Shown here: in pieces, positions 11,452-23,778 of the stretch
How the letters are laid out: each line of letters begins with the position of its first letter
Numbering within the stretch: position 1 is the first letter of the stretch
Source of the DNA: Callorhinchus milii
Lineage: Eukaryota
Direction: 5' to 3'
DNA length: 57,712 nt
NCBI RefSeq assembly: GCF_018977255.1
Contig: NW_024705267.1
Span: 1-57,712 of the forward strand
Translations under genes and position numbers: made by a program
The notes under the pieces: generated by a model
What the model was told of the DNA's origin: nothing
What the model saw: only the letters and a program-made list of their open reading frames with translations
Databases searched by the model: none

Positions 11452-11577
11452 TCAGTCCGCCTCTTGGTGGAACCTGAAGGCCGCCCGGTCTGGCCCGCGC
11501 TGCAGTGGCGAGCGCAGCGTCGACGAACGCCCTCGCACAGGGCGCGGGGCCCGCACGCGAACACTCCGACCTCCACC
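11452..11577 (-). CDS. NOX terminal exon 13 (probable 1-bp deletion near 11494)
   Basis: VEVGVFACGPRALCEGVRRRCARHCSAG/PDRAAFRFHQEAD* (cf. IGVFLCGP..FIFNKENF*). Confidence 0.85.
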   Translation of the reverse strand, partial: GGGRSVRVRAPRPVRGRSSTLRSPLQRGPDRAAFRFHQEAD

Positions 11578-13260
11578 CTGCACACACAAAGACAAAGACC
11601 CCCGTATAGTCTGTAACAGACTGCTGGGGAAAGTGCTGTAAGCGAGCACCTATCAAAGCCGAAACGGCACGCAAGGGCACCACGCCTGGCCGCCTTTGTC
11701 TCCCCAGTAGCGATGTTTACACACCGCACCGGATTACTCAGTTGAGGCTGAGGGGTGGCCCCGAATCGGTTCAGGGAACCTTCACTGGCGAACCAGGGAT
11801 CGAACCCAGATCGTCAGGTTCGTAGCGCAGCGTGCCGACTGATACGCCACTGCTCCGCGCTTCCACCCTGCACACAGGCAGAGGTGCCCAGGCATGGGGG
11901 GGGGGGGGGCTTCTTGCTGGTATCAAGGTGATGGACATCTAACACCTGAACGTCTTGGGGCACTGCGGTGGCGAGATATGATCTCCCTCGTCTGCTATGC
12001 AAGAGGTCGTGGGTTCGATCCTGATCCAGACACCCAGTTGTATATTTGGACTTTCGCGAGAAATATCATCCATAATAAAGGTTTTTTGGGTAAGATCGCT
12101 TAAATATATAAATGTGTCGTTAAGTTCAAAGGGCTCGCATAATGTACGTTGACTCAGTAAATGTTGTGGCTTGGCTCTCCAACACACCGGTGTGCTGTAC
12201 TAGTGACGAATTGGCACGTTCCCTTACTAGTTGGCTGTGTCGGGTGGTGGTCGGTTTAAAGACACATTTATATATTTACGCGATCTAACAAAAAAACCTT
12301 CTTATGGATGTATACGTGGAGTTTGCTTGTCTCTGTTTTCCCGTGGTCGCATGGATTTTTCTCCAGGTCCTCTGGTTTTTCCACACGATGAGCCACTACG
12401 TTGAGCTATCATTAGTGGCCAGGTCGCTTCTGAAAAAGATTCTAATAGCTCAGTGGGCATTAACTGGTAAAATAAAAAAAATTGTTGAGTTGAGTTTATT
12501 ATCGCACAGATAGCCTTTAACAGTCAGGCCCATTGCTGTTAGCGATCACAATGTGATCACTGGTACGGCACACGAGGGAGTGGTGTAGCCAGCAACACCG
12601 CCTTTGTCTCCACAACAGTGCTGATGTTTACACACCGCAAGAGGCACTCATTTATGGCTGAATCCATCTAAGAGAGGCCCAGCACAGATTCAGATATCGC
12701 AGGATGTTAGCCGTGGCCCAGAATCGAATCCAGGTGGCCGGGTTCGCAGTGCAGTGCGCGGCCCACCGTAACATCGCTCCCCGCACACAACACACCATGG
12801 GTAATAAATTAGATCTTTAAAAAAAACGGATTTAAACACGGCCAGCTAAATAAAGGTTTGAACACAGCATGGTGTCAGTATCCTAATCTCTGAGCCACCA
12901 GTCAATCTCTGCTACTATACACCCACTATTAGACACTCTATATCTGTCAACCCCTTATCAGTGCCCTACCTTATTACAGACCAACTCAGACCTTATTGGT
13001 CACCCCGTGCCCCTTATACATCTCAACGTTCATCCTACAAAGTCCCATCACAAGGGAGAAACTCAAATAGACAAAAAAATTGGCCGTATTGAAACGGCTG
13101 TACGCCGTATGGATCTGAAACTCAATTTCCCTGTACAAGATTACGGGGTAAGCCGTGTGGGTTGACGCGGAATGGGATTCATCTTGAGGAGCCTTGAGAG
13201 TGGATGGGCAGTCCGACTGGAGAGTTTGGCGAGCTCCGATCCCGGTCGCAAGGCCCTCAC

Positions 13261-13385
13261 CCCGGGTGCGCGCGGGCAATTTGGTCCAGCTCGACGCTCC
13301 AGTTCGGACGTCCGAACCACGTCTTCTGCCTCAGCCCCGTGATGGTGTCCTCTGCCTCGTCCCAGTGAAGGGCGATGTGGACGGC
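13261..13385 (-). CDS. NOX exon 12
   Basis: [41 protein letters not shown], 125 bp; this frame is not in the ORF track. Confidence 0.92.
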
Positions 13386-13671
13386 CTGTGCGCGGTGGGG
13401 ATGAGAGGGGTGAGGGGGTTAAACATTTCTCAACACGGCGGCGAGGTGTCAAGGGGCACTGGGCTGGACTTGCAGGCCACGAATTCACCCGTCTCCAAGT
13501 CCATCTCCGGACGCGACAATTCAAACAATGGGGGGAGTTTCTTAAATCCAACCGCCTTTGTTCGCCCCGCAGTATCAATGTGTTTTTACACCGCAGTTAA
13601 AATTGATCGGCAGCTCGAGAGAGGTGGGGTAAAGCGTGGGTATTGCTGCCTCTGGCCAGCGGGGTAGACGA

Positions 13672-13812
13672 GTATAGTAGTGTATAGTGTAGTGTATAGT
13701 GTAGTGTATAATAGTTTAGTGCATAGTAGTGTATAGTGTAGTGTATAGTTGTTTGTAGTATGTAGTGTATAGTGTAGTGTATAGTAGTGTAGTGTATATA
13801 TTGTAGTGCAGT
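13672..13812. repeat. (TAGTG/TATAG)n simple repeat
   Basis: Directly visible. Confidence 0.9.
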
Positions 13813-14287
13813 GTTTCTTAACCTGGGTTGCACGCAACTCCTTGTGCCGTGGCTGGGGTTGCGAGATATGGACAGATTGTTTTGAAGGTAAAATAATCCA
13901 GAACGCAAATTAAGTACGGGCACGTAAGTTACAACTTACTTGTTTCACCAAACCCTGCGTAGTTATTCACATAACACGGTTAGCCATTGAGAACCACAGG
14001 GATGCAAGAGTGGCTCTCTGAAGCTTCCTCGAGTGGAGGCACGAGTGAGACACTGCAGGGCTTCACCTTTACCTTCTCGTAACACAAGGAGGTCGATTAA
14101 TCTGCACAAGTGTGTTGAGAATTATCTGCGGGAGACAGGATGGTCATGATCGATGAGATCGGGTTGCAGGATCGGCGTTTTGAGAATGGGATTAAGGAGC
14201 GGTGTCTTCAGTTGGGGCTGATTAATTGTCAGGTTCGCGGCAGAAATCGTGCCGTTGGGTGCACCTAGCCTGGCACGGCCTGGCCAC

Positions 14288-14434
14288 CTGTGTCTCGTCC
14301 CAGCGGGTGAGGTAGAGTTTGTAGCGGAGCTGGTGGCTGCACCCGGTCTCCATGAGATGTCTCTCCAGAGATCGCAGGGGCTCGCAGAGCCAGGCGAAGG
14401 AAGACGGCTCCCGGCATATCCAGTACAGGTACAC
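14288..14434 (-). CDS. NOX exon 11
   Basis: VYLYWICREPSSFAWLCEPLRSLERHLMETGCSHQLRYKLYLTRWDETQ, 147 bp. Confidence 0.92.
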
Positions 14435-14757
14435 CTGTATCAGAGACATAGATTCCCCCTTCACAGGCTGTTGGGCAAGTGCTGTTAGCGAGTAGCATCA
14501 ATGAAGACGGGCACGGCACACAAGGGGGGGCGGGGGGCAGCACCACGCACGGCACAATTTTGTCTCTCCAGTGGCGATGCTTACTATACACCGGGTACTA
14601 ATTTGAGGCTGAGTCGACCTAGGGAAGGCCCAGGACCGGTTCAGATGATCGTCGCTGGTGTCCACCGTGAGCGGGAATCGAACTCGGGTCGCCGGGTTCG
14701 TAGCGCAGCGCGCTAACCACTACACTACCATGTCCACTCACACCACCACCACGTGCG

Positions 14758-15150
14758 GACACACACATAACCTGTACCCACTTACACACATACACAGCCT
14801 GTACCCACTTACACACACACAGCCTGTACCCACTTACACACACACACATAGCCTGTACCACTTACACACACACAGCCTGTACCCACTTACACACACACAC
14901 AGCCTGTACCCACTTACACACACACACAGCCTGTACCCACTTACACACACACACACAGCCTGTACCCACTTACACACACACAGTCTGTACCCACTTACAC
15001 ACATAGCCTGCTCCCACTTACACACACACACAGCCTGTACCCACTTACACACACACACAGCCTGTACCCACTTACACACACACACATAGCCTGCTCCCAC
15101 TTACACACACACATAGCTTGCACCCACTTACACACACACAGAGCCTGTAC
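14758..15150. repeat. About 25-29-bp minisatellite CAGCCTGTACCCACTT(AC)n
   Basis: Directly visible tandem units. Confidence 0.9.
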
Positions 15151-15262
15151 CACCAAGTATTAAGGCCTACACACACAGGTACGTAATTATTCCACATGTC
15201 TACCACCTACTTATCTGTGGCCAGGTGCGCTATTGTTTTTGACACTAATTGTCTCAATAAAT

Positions 15263-15401
15263 CTTGACTTAAAGCTTTCGTGACTGCAGCCATTCATATT
15301 ATTTGGATCTTTCGATAAAATCACGTAGATATGTTCAAAGAAAATAACAAAAATAATAAAAGTGGGTGTAATGGTTACTTTACCGAAAGACCCAAAGAGT
15401 A
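15263..15401 (-). mobile_element. Miniature inverted Penelope pLTR-end insertion
   Basis: Reverse copy of the tail plus a short inverted end; TSD TGTCTCAATAAAT at 15250-15262 and 15402-15414. Confidence 0.7.
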
Positions 15402-15949
15402 TGTCTCAATAAATTCAACCGCATGGCGTCACTGGTAGCGGCCAGTCTATGTTTGTGCCGTAAGCCCCCTTCCACCCGACACAGCCAACGAACAAAGTTT
15501 GTCACGTGATGAACAATCATCCCACGTGCTGCTCCAGCAGCGCTTACGCCGCCTTGTTGGCGCAGAACGATGCACACGCATTTACCGATCGGGAAGTCCG
15601 ACGTTTCGTCGGTAAGTCACAGCCAGTGTCGTCAGGCAGTTGCCAGAAACGTGCAACAATGTCCGCCCGACTCGGGCCGTGGCAACTTCACGAGTTGGCT
15701 GTGTCGGGTCGAGGGTTTCTGACGCATTTCACGACTTTGCCCTCCGGTCGTGTTTTTTGAACTGTGATCGTTGTTGTTGTAACGTTCTTACCCCGTGCTC
15801 TTACTGGACTCTGTGAAAAAAGAGCTTCATAGCTCATCGGATATTCTCTAGTATCAATAAATATTCTGAATCTAAAACAAAGAAACGTAACCATTACACC
15901 GAGCCGCGACAGCGCACATCTCAAATCCAACGCTTAAATGTGTAACCAC

Positions 15950-16094
15950 CGTGGTGTGCCGGGTTGCCCCCGCGAGCCAGGAGCCCAGGTAGGCCGCGAA
16001 GGGGGTGATGCCGATCCCCGCGGCAATGAGCACGCTCACGGGGTAGCGATCCACGTCCCGGGAGGACCCCACGAAGGGGCCATCCACGCAGAGC
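15950..16094 (-). CDS. NOX exon 10 (NADPH-binding)
   Basis: [38 protein letters not shown]; donor position uncertain by 3 nt. Confidence 0.9.
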
Positions 16095-16311
16095 CTGGGC
16101 GGGGGGGGGCGCACAATGTGAGCCGTCGGGCGTGTCAGGAGTCCCACCACGCAGACTGCCCCGCGCGTGGCTATGATCAGGGTGGGCCAACCTGCCCAGG
16201 GGTGGCACCCCAAGACGGGAATTGGCATCCGTGTTCGGGGTGGTCGTGGGGTTGCTGTGCTGAGATGTGTTACCTGTCAAAGTAAAAACAACTAAAACGT
16301 GTTTTTAATCG

Positions 16312-16614
16312 TTCCAGGTAAGGCCCACTGAGCGATGTGGCTCCTTTAAAGAAGCGTCCTGGCCACAATCGGTAGCCCCACGAGGTGGCCTATCGCGTGG
16401 AAATGTATCGCAGCCAAACGCTCTGAACGCGTGACGGTGATTCTAAATGTGGAGGGAAAAGCCGAAGGACCCGGAGACAAATCCACGCGACCACAGCGAG
16501 AGAGACACGCAAACTCCAAATATACAGCAGCAGGCGTCAGGGTCGGGGTCGAACCCACCACCTCCTGTACACCAGGCGAGGGAGTTAACATCTCCTGGTC
16601 ACCGTGGTGCCCCA
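16312..16614 (-). mobile_element. tRNA-derived SINE family B
   Basis: B-box GGGTTCGACCCC followed by TATATTTGGAGTTTG; other copies at about 11957-12480(+), 17790-18093(-), 23633-26742(+, split), 49345-49640(+), 10670-10800 (partial). Confidence 0.8.
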
Positions 16615-17160
16615 CGTGACATCTGACAAGTCGCTTTCGTTTGGCTGCTGGGAATCTTTGGCATTTGGACTCTGCCCGTGGTCTGGTGTCTCTTTCGAAA
16701 CTTGCAGCGACCCACAATTATTAAACTCGCCAATTGTGACCGGTATTTATCTTAGTTTTGTACACTAATTATCATTAAATGTATAAACGTGCAATGACCA
16801 CGTCACCGTTATGTAATGTGAACGGCTTGTTGATGTTATAAAGGGAATGTTATATTGTCTATGTTAGCGTTGAGATATGTTTTTTTATGTAAATGGTATT
16901 TTACATGTCAGTGTTGATTTTGATATCGTTGACTCTAACTGTTATTACCCATGTTGTCTATCCTTGATGCTGTTGTCGATGTTGACGCTCCTAAGATATC
17001 CTCTTGTTGTTGTTGGTGTCGTCAGGGTTTATGTTAACGCTTGTTGTTGTTATGCCCTTATCAACACTTGCGATCATTTGGGATGTTGTTAACCTCCAGT
17101 GATAACTCTCAATGTGGTTTATCGTTGTTTATTGTGGTTGTTCTTTGTGACGTAATCAAC

Positions 17161-17431
17161 CTGGGAGGCTCGCTGCCCCCAGCGCGCGCGCACCGCCTCA
17201 GCAACGCGCGCGTCCAGTCGCCATCCGCGTGCACGTGCAGGCTCCCCGCCCCTCCCCTCCCCCGGCCCCCACCGCCCCGCCCCCGCCCCGCCCCACCCAC
17301 GTGAGCGTGAGCGCGTGCCACTGTGCGCGCGACACGGAGGCGCAGCGCACGAGCACGTGGTCGCCGGGGCGCGCGCGCGCCGGGCAGCCCAGCACGCGCA
17401 CCTCCAGCACGTGACCCGGGTGCTCGCGCAC
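17161..17431 (-). CDS. NOX exon 9 (FAD-binding; frameshift in G-rich tract)
   Basis: VREHPGHVLEVRV..PGDHVLVRCASVSRAQWHALTLT../..SLHVHADGDWTRALLRRC..PPR; 271 bp, one base short of the required phase. Confidence 0.85.
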
Positions 17432-18253
17432 CTGGGGGGGGGGGGGTGGTGGTGAAGGAGGGGGGGTGAAGTGGGTGGGGCTGTCACGTGATGGCTCAGT
17501 CCCGACCCGGGTTGTTGGGATCCTGCTGGTGCTGCTGTTAACTGTTGTGGGTGACCACTACGATCTGAATTGGTCTGTAACGAGGTAGGTTGACAGCTCT
17601 GCTTCAATGATACTGCTCCTCCTGCCGCTTGGCCTCGAGGCGGCCTCGTGGTGGCACATCCACACAGCTCGTCGCAGAGCCACGGCCACTCCGCTGGTGG
17701 TGCTGTGTTTGTGTGTTACCCGCGGCAGCGATGCCCCTGACGTTGTTTACAAGAGTAAACTCTGAATATTTGTGTTCATCTTACCATGTAAGAAGCGACC
17801 TGGCTATCACGAATGATTGACACACCATCGTGTGGAAATGTAGAGCAGGCACATACTCGAGACGCGTGCTGTTGATTCTAAATCTGGAGGGAAAACCGGA
17901 GGATCCGAAGAAAAATCCACGCGACCACGGGAGAGAGAGACACGGGAGAGAGAGACACGGGGAGAGAGAGACACGGGGAGAGAGAGAGAGACACGGGGGG
18001 AGAGAGAAACACCGCAAACTCCAAATATACAGCAGCAGGCGTCAGGGTCGGGATCGAACCCACGACCTCCTGTACACCAGGCGAGGTAGTTAACAGGTAC
18101 AGCACACTTCCAAAGTGCACATACACCACACCTGTACAACACAGGCACAGCACACCTGCACACCACAGGTACAACACACGTGGTGTCGTGGGAGGTATAG
18201 CAGCGATGCTTCTGAAGGGCAGGCGCACGGGGAACGAGAGGGCAACTTGTTAC

Positions 18254-18346
18254 CTTGGTCACGACCGTCGGGTGACAGCAGCAATAGCAGCGTAACAGCT
18301 GCTCACCCGCGTACAACAGCAGCGGGAGCAGCAGCCAGCGCCACGT
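18254..18346 (-). CDS. NOX exon 8
   Basis: TWRWLLLPLLLYAGEQLLRCYCCCHPTVVTK, 93 bp, AG/GT. Confidence 0.88.
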
Positions 18347-18560
18347 CTGTGGGGCACAACAACAACAACGCAGCAGCAGCAGCAGCCAGCGTCACGTCTG
18401 TGGGGCACAACAACAACAACGCAGCAGCAGCAGCCAGCGCCTCTGGTGTGATGTGGGTGGGCACCGCACGTGCTGACCGGGAGCCGAGGTGGTTTGGTGG
18501 TGATGATGGTGGTGGTGATGATGGTGGTGATAATGGTGGTGGTGATGGTGGTGATGATGG

Positions 18561-18877
18561 TGGGGAGCGGTGGTGTAGTGGTTAGCACGCGGCTGCGCTA
18601 CGAACCCGGCGACCCGAGTTCGATTCCCGCTCACGGTCAACTGCCAGTGACGATTGTCTGAACCGGTACTGGGCCTCCCCTAGGTCGACTCGGCCTCAAG
18701 TGAGTAGCCTGGTGCGGTGTATAGTAAAAATCGCCACTGGGGAGACAAAGGCGGCCGGGCGTGGTGTTGGCCGCCCACGCCCCTCGTGCGCCGTGCCGGC
18801 CTTCATAGGTGGCGCTCCTCGCTAACAGCACTTGCCCCAACAGCCTGTGAAGGTTATACGGGGGATCTTTATCTTTG
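18561..18877 (+). mobile_element. tRNA-derived SINE family A (full-length example)
   Basis: A-box GTGGTGTAGTGG, B-box GAGTTCGATTCC, tail GGGGGATCTTTATCTTTG; other copies at about 855-1122(+), 1885-2112(-), 4150-4404(+), 11587-11860(-), 12510-12783(-), 14441-14730(-), 26964-27263(-), 28285-28580(-), 56915-57200(-), 57420-57680(-). Confidence 0.88.
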
Positions 18878-19217
18878 ATGGCGATGACTGAGGCAATGAT
18901 GATGGTGTTCACTGATAGGAATACTGTAGTGGTTTGTTTCTGCTGCTGCTGCAAGCGGATGCTGGTCATTATTGCACTGATCCTGCTTTTGCTGATGATT
19001 CTGATGGTGGTGCTGATGATGACACTGACGATGATGATGCTGACGACCAAGCTGATGATGACACTGATGGTGCTAGTGCTGATGATACTGCTGATGATAC
19101 TGACGATTATATTGATTGTGATGGGGATCAAACTGATGATGACACTGATCGTGCTGCTGTTGCTGCCGATGACACTGCCGATGATGGCGAAGCTGCTGAT
19201 GCTGCTGGCTGCGTCAC

Positions 19218-19350
19218 CATGGGAGGGTTGCCGCTGAACTGCGGTGTGGGACACGCGGTCTCGCGCCCGCCCCACTGCTCGTGCCGGGCGTAGCACCACG
19301 TGACGTTGTGTTCCCGCAGGCTGGCCTCCGTCTGGCCACGCACCACTCGC
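19218..19350 (-). CDS. NOX exon 7
   Basis: RVVRGQTEASLREHNVTWCYARHEQWGGRETACPTPQFSGNPPM (cf. RIVRGQT..CPIPQFAGNPPM). Confidence 0.92.
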
Positions 19351-19762
19351 CTGCAACAGCAGCACCAGCAGGAACAACAGCAGCAGCAGCACCAGCAGTT
19401 AGCAGCAACACCAGCAGGAGCACTAGCAGGAGCAGCAGCCGCACCAGTAGCAGCAGCAGGAGCAGCAGCACCAGCAAGAGCAGCACCAGCAGTTAGCAGC
19501 ACCAGCAGTTAGCAGCAGCACCAGCAGGAGCAGCAGCACCAGCAGCAGGAGCAGCAGCAGGAGCAGCAGCAGGAGCAGCACCAGCATGAGCAGCAGCACC
19601 AGCAGCACAGCAGCAGGAGCAGCAGCAGGAGCAGCACCAGCATGAGCAGCAGCACCAGCAGCAGCAGCATGAGCAGCAGCACCAGCAGCAGCAGCATGAG
19701 CAGCAGCACCAGCAGCACCAGCAGCAGCACCAGCAGCACCAGCAGCAGCACCAGCAGAGCAC

Positions 19763-19794
<32 letters not shown>

Positions 19795-19828
19795 TGAGCA
19801 GCAGCACCAGCAGCACCAGCAGCAGCAC

Positions 19829-19860
<32 letters not shown>

Positions 19861-20027
19861 TGGCAGCAGCACCAGCAGCACCAGCAGCATCACCAGCAGC
19901 ACCAGCAGCAGCAGCATGAGCAGCAGCACCAGCAGCACCAGCAGCAGCACCAGCAGCACCAGCAGCAGGACCAGCAGCAGGACCAGCAGCAGCACCAGCA
20001 GCACCAGCAGCAGCACCAGCAGCAGCA
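19351..20027. repeat. Imperfect (CAG/CAC)n trinucleotide tract
   Basis: Directly visible; immediately upstream of NOX exon 7 in transcript sense. Confidence 0.95.
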
Positions 20028-20269
20028 TTCCCCCCAGGTCACTCTTGCAAATGAGACTCATCCTGGTCGCTCCTGAATTCTCACCTGGCTGAGAATTTGC
20101 AACAACACCACAAGCAATGAGCCCCCGGGCTCTGGAGACCACCTGGAGAAGATTCCAGGCACGCGTTGACAACGATGGCGAATAAGTAGAGCAGGCCGGC
20201 CATCTGGCCATCTGGCCGGCCTGCTCTAGACCAATTCCTCGACCACATCCTACCAATTCCTAGACCAAT

Positions 20270-21310
20270 TCCTCGACCACATCAATTCCATACACCCAGC
20301 CATCAGATTTACCATGGAAGTCGAAAAAGATGGCAAGCTACCTTTTTTGGATGTCCTAATAAAAAGAGACCTGAAGGTTCAATGAGCCACTCTGTCTACA
20401 GGAAAGCAACCCATACGGATGGCGTCTACAAACTAAGTTGCCTCTGTGGTAGCAGTTACATTGGAGAAACCAAACGATGTCTCGGACCGCATCCGTGAAC
20501 ATAAAGCAGACCTGAAACACGGTAGGACCAACACCTCAGCCGTGGCAGATCACTGTTATAATTCAGATGACATTGACTTCTCCAAGACGGAGGTTCTCTG
20601 CAAGCCATCTGGCTACCATGAGAGATTCGTTCATGAGGCCATCCACATATACAAACACAGAGACAATTTCAACTGAGAAGATGGATTCTGGCTCAGCAAT
20701 CATTGGAAGGACGTGATCAACCATTTCGGGTCTTGATTGATTGTGTTCACGTTTACGGTGACTTTCAGACCGCATTCCATTAGCTGGCATTGACTATATA
20801 GCTTTTGTATTTTCCTCAAATCGGAGTTTTTTGCTCCGCTGCAAGTTTCCTGCTACCACCCTCCCATTGACATATTTCTTTGCTCCCTCTTAGTACCTTT
20901 AGTAAAATTTTCCTCTCTTTATTACTGCTAATCCTGCATAATACACGAGCATAATGACTTTGAGACTCCCCCACCGCCTACACAATCCACAAGGAGTGAC
21001 TCACCCCATATCTGCATTTGTCATCAACATGCTAAAGTTCCCTGTTGATATGTAAACTCCTTTGTCAAGGCGCTCTCCTCCTCCCACCCAGCTTCAAATA
21101 CGCTGCCAAGCTTAGCAGTGTTCATTAGGATGCTGTCTTTCTGACAGCTCTGTTTCTTCACCTGAGGACGGCTGCTTGCGTTGTGGCCAAAACGTCGTGA
21201 GAACTTTATTAGTTTTATTTTTATTATTTTATTATTTCCCTTCTACGTGACTTTACCGAAAGAACCAAGAATATGAATCCCTGCAGTCACGAAAGCTTTA
21301 AATCGAAATT
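20270..21310 (+). mobile_element. Degenerate Penelope-like element (RT thumb joined by internal deletion to GIY-YIG, then pLTR)
   Basis: INSIHPAIRFTMEVEKDGKLPFLDVLIKR..VYRKATHTD, then GVYKLSCLCGSSYIGET; ends with the hammerhead and tail ..GCAGTCACGAAAGCTTTAAATCGAAATT. Confidence 0.85.
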
Positions 21311-21811
21311 TAACATCCATTTGTTATCATGTCACAGCGTATTATTCGTTTTTTTTCCATTAAAAACGATAGACCCATATAAGTGTTAACATTTATTGAA
21401 GCACCCTGTATGTGTATATAGAGAGCATAAGATAGCACAGCTGTCATCACATCCACGGACAGGGGTGGGGATGTGTCAGGAGGAGGCGAGGAGGGACGAG
21501 TTGAGAGGTTGAGAGGAGGGCCAGGGGGAGAATGAGGAGGATAAACTGGCGGCCGAGACTGTGACTCAAGAGAGCCTCTCACCATGTGTTGAGCCTTTGT
21601 GCTCCTCCTCACAATAATACTGACGAAGCGTATTTATTCACTTTTCCTGCATAGCTGGCGCTCTAACTGCACGACAGTCACATGTCACAAAGCATTTGCT
21701 CAATACATTGTTATTATCTAGTCGGGGTTAAAGACGGGGTCAAGGTTTTGGTCGCAGTGAGCGCCAGGGTTAACGGTCAGAGTCCGGACTCGCCGGCCGA
21801 CGAGCGCTCAC

Positions 21812-21993
21812 CCGAGCCCGTGGACGAGGAGGCCCGCGTACATCACGGGGGCGAGCAGGTGAGTGAACCAGAATATCTCGTAGTTGGCCCGGCGCACGCT
21901 CTCCCGCGACGAGGTAGCGACGAGCACGAGGCACGTCGTCATGAGCATCCCCGACGCGCCCGGAACACCCGACAGGGACTCGCGCAGGGGACT
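21812..21993 (-). CDS. NOX exon 6
   Basis: SPLRESLSGVPGASGMLMTTCLVLVATSSRESVRRANYEIFWFTHLLAPVMYAGLLVHGL, with the heme-ligating histidines. Confidence 0.9.
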
Positions 21994-22046
21994 CTTGGGG
22001 GTGGAGCAAGGGGGGGGGGCGTTGGGATGAGGCATTCGTCAATTAG

Positions 22047-22530
22047 CGTAGTCGGCGGTACACCGGTGGTGCCATGGTATTAAAAAAAAAAAATTCGCAA
22101 TAATTATTTTTTTCCTGCGATTCGCAACCCAGTCAGAAAGTCTTGCGGGACGGTGGTGGTGCGTCCACATCGTGGTGTCGAACCGGTCGGATGACGGAAC
22201 GTTCACACGAGCGGCTGAACACGAAGAAGCTTCTTCACAGGCTGCCGCTGTAGAGCAGCACCCAGCCTGGTGACGATTGGCTGGCTCCATGTTCCAAACG
22301 CAGCTTTGACTCCTCGTGCCCTAGACTTGGTTGGACGGTTCCTCGATGCAAAGAGACCCCAAATCAACGGCCAATATTGACCCTTTTTAGTTGACTGAAT
22401 AAGCCTTCGAATCGCGTCCAACTTGTCGATTCAAGACTGATAAAAAACTGATTTGCCGATTCAAATTTTGATTTTAGATCCGTGTTATAAGGACCGGTTG
22501 TGTTATGCTTCACCGGGTACCGCCAATACG
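22047..22530. mobile_element. Second copy of the GGCGGTACACCGGT-TIR MITE
   Basis: Reverse-complement homology to 203-710. Confidence 0.7.
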
Positions 22531-22854
22531 CCAAAATATGAGAATTGGCAACGGAGTTGAGGGCATTGTTAGACGTGTAAGTGGGGATTGTATGTGGATG
22601 AGAAATAGGGATTAGGTTCGGAATAGGAGATTATGATCATAAAGGGTTGGAAAATGAAATAGCATTGAGACTTTATTTTTAATTGAGATTGGTGACGTTT
22701 GTAATTTACTTTACAGCTGCTGGCGACTCATTGAATCAGAATATTTGTGAGGAATCCGGGCTCTGCCAGTGGCGAGAACAAGCATGATGATTATGACAGT
22801 ATCATTATTAAGGCTACCAACAATGAAGCTCTCATATATCCTCATAGGTAAAAC

Positions 22855-23065
22855 AATATATAGCGCTCTCGGTAACGCATCTCCATTGGAACCACGTTAT
22901 ATTGACCTATAGCGCTGATTCGTACAGTGCTGTTGGTAACGCATCTCCATTGGAACCACGTTATAGTGACCTCTTATAGCGCTGTTTAGTATAGCGATGT
23001 AGGTAACGCATCTCCATTGGAAGCATGTTATAGTGACCTCCTATAGCGCTGTTTCCTATAGCGCA
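22855..23065. repeat. About 65-bp tandem repeat, 3 copies
   Basis: GGTAACGCATCTCCATTGGAA..TTATAGTGACCT..TATAGCGCTG. Confidence 0.85.
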
Positions 23066-23737
23066 CCGTTTACCAAGAACGCATCCTGAGCACGATAAGC
23101 GTTATGCCTGTATGTTATTCTTGCATGTGTCAATATGTTCAGGCGCTAGATGCCACTGACGTTGAGGTCTGCTGGATACGACGAGAGGACTTCAGCAGAG
23201 AGTTTGTAGTTTTGATAATTCCTCCTCCACTGAAGGGGCACGGATTATAGTGGCTTGCTGTGTGGTCCAGAGTTTGAAATGCGTGGCCACAATTGCATAT
23301 CCTGTGGCTTATCTTTAATGTATCTCTATGGGTCTCTATAGTTCTGTATGCAACTCTATATATCTCTGTGTCTCTATGGGTTATTTGTTCAGTCAATAGT
23401 TTGGGTTGCATGGCCGCAAACACACTACGATTGGCTTGCCTTTAATTTTTAGTGTATAAAGGAAATGTGCACATTGGCCTGTTCATGATGTGTCTTTTTG
23501 TTTAAAAAGTCCAGAATGCTGACGGCTACACCATGCCACGGCGTCTCATGTTAAAATGTAACGCGGCACGGTTATTGTGATATCGCAAAAGAATAATCGT
23601 GAGCTGAGTGCCAAGTGTGTGGTCTTGGTGAAGGGGCCCTGCGGTGGCTAGGAGATGTTAACTATATTCTTAGGTTTTTTCGGTAAAGTCACGTAGGTAA
23701 AACATTAAAATTAATAAAAGTAAAATAAAATAAAAAT

Positions 23738-23778
23738 CACGACGTTTCGGAGGCAACACAAGTCTCCGTCATCAGGTG
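23738..23778 (-). ncRNA. Minimal type I hammerhead ribozyme (mirror copy)
   Basis: Reverse complement of 25795-25835. Confidence 0.75.

Noticed and set aside
18561-18635. tRNA gene candidates
   Set aside because: These are tRNA-like heads continuing into a shared SINE body and tail, in many diverged copies.
18637-20256. Poly-Leu, Cys and Gln ORFs up to 277 aa
   Set aside because: Trinucleotide-repeat artefacts; only the 133-bp NOX exon is coding.
23139-23423. CxC..H zinc-knuckle-like ORF
   Set aside because: Probably a decayed LINE 3' end; too short and degenerate to call.
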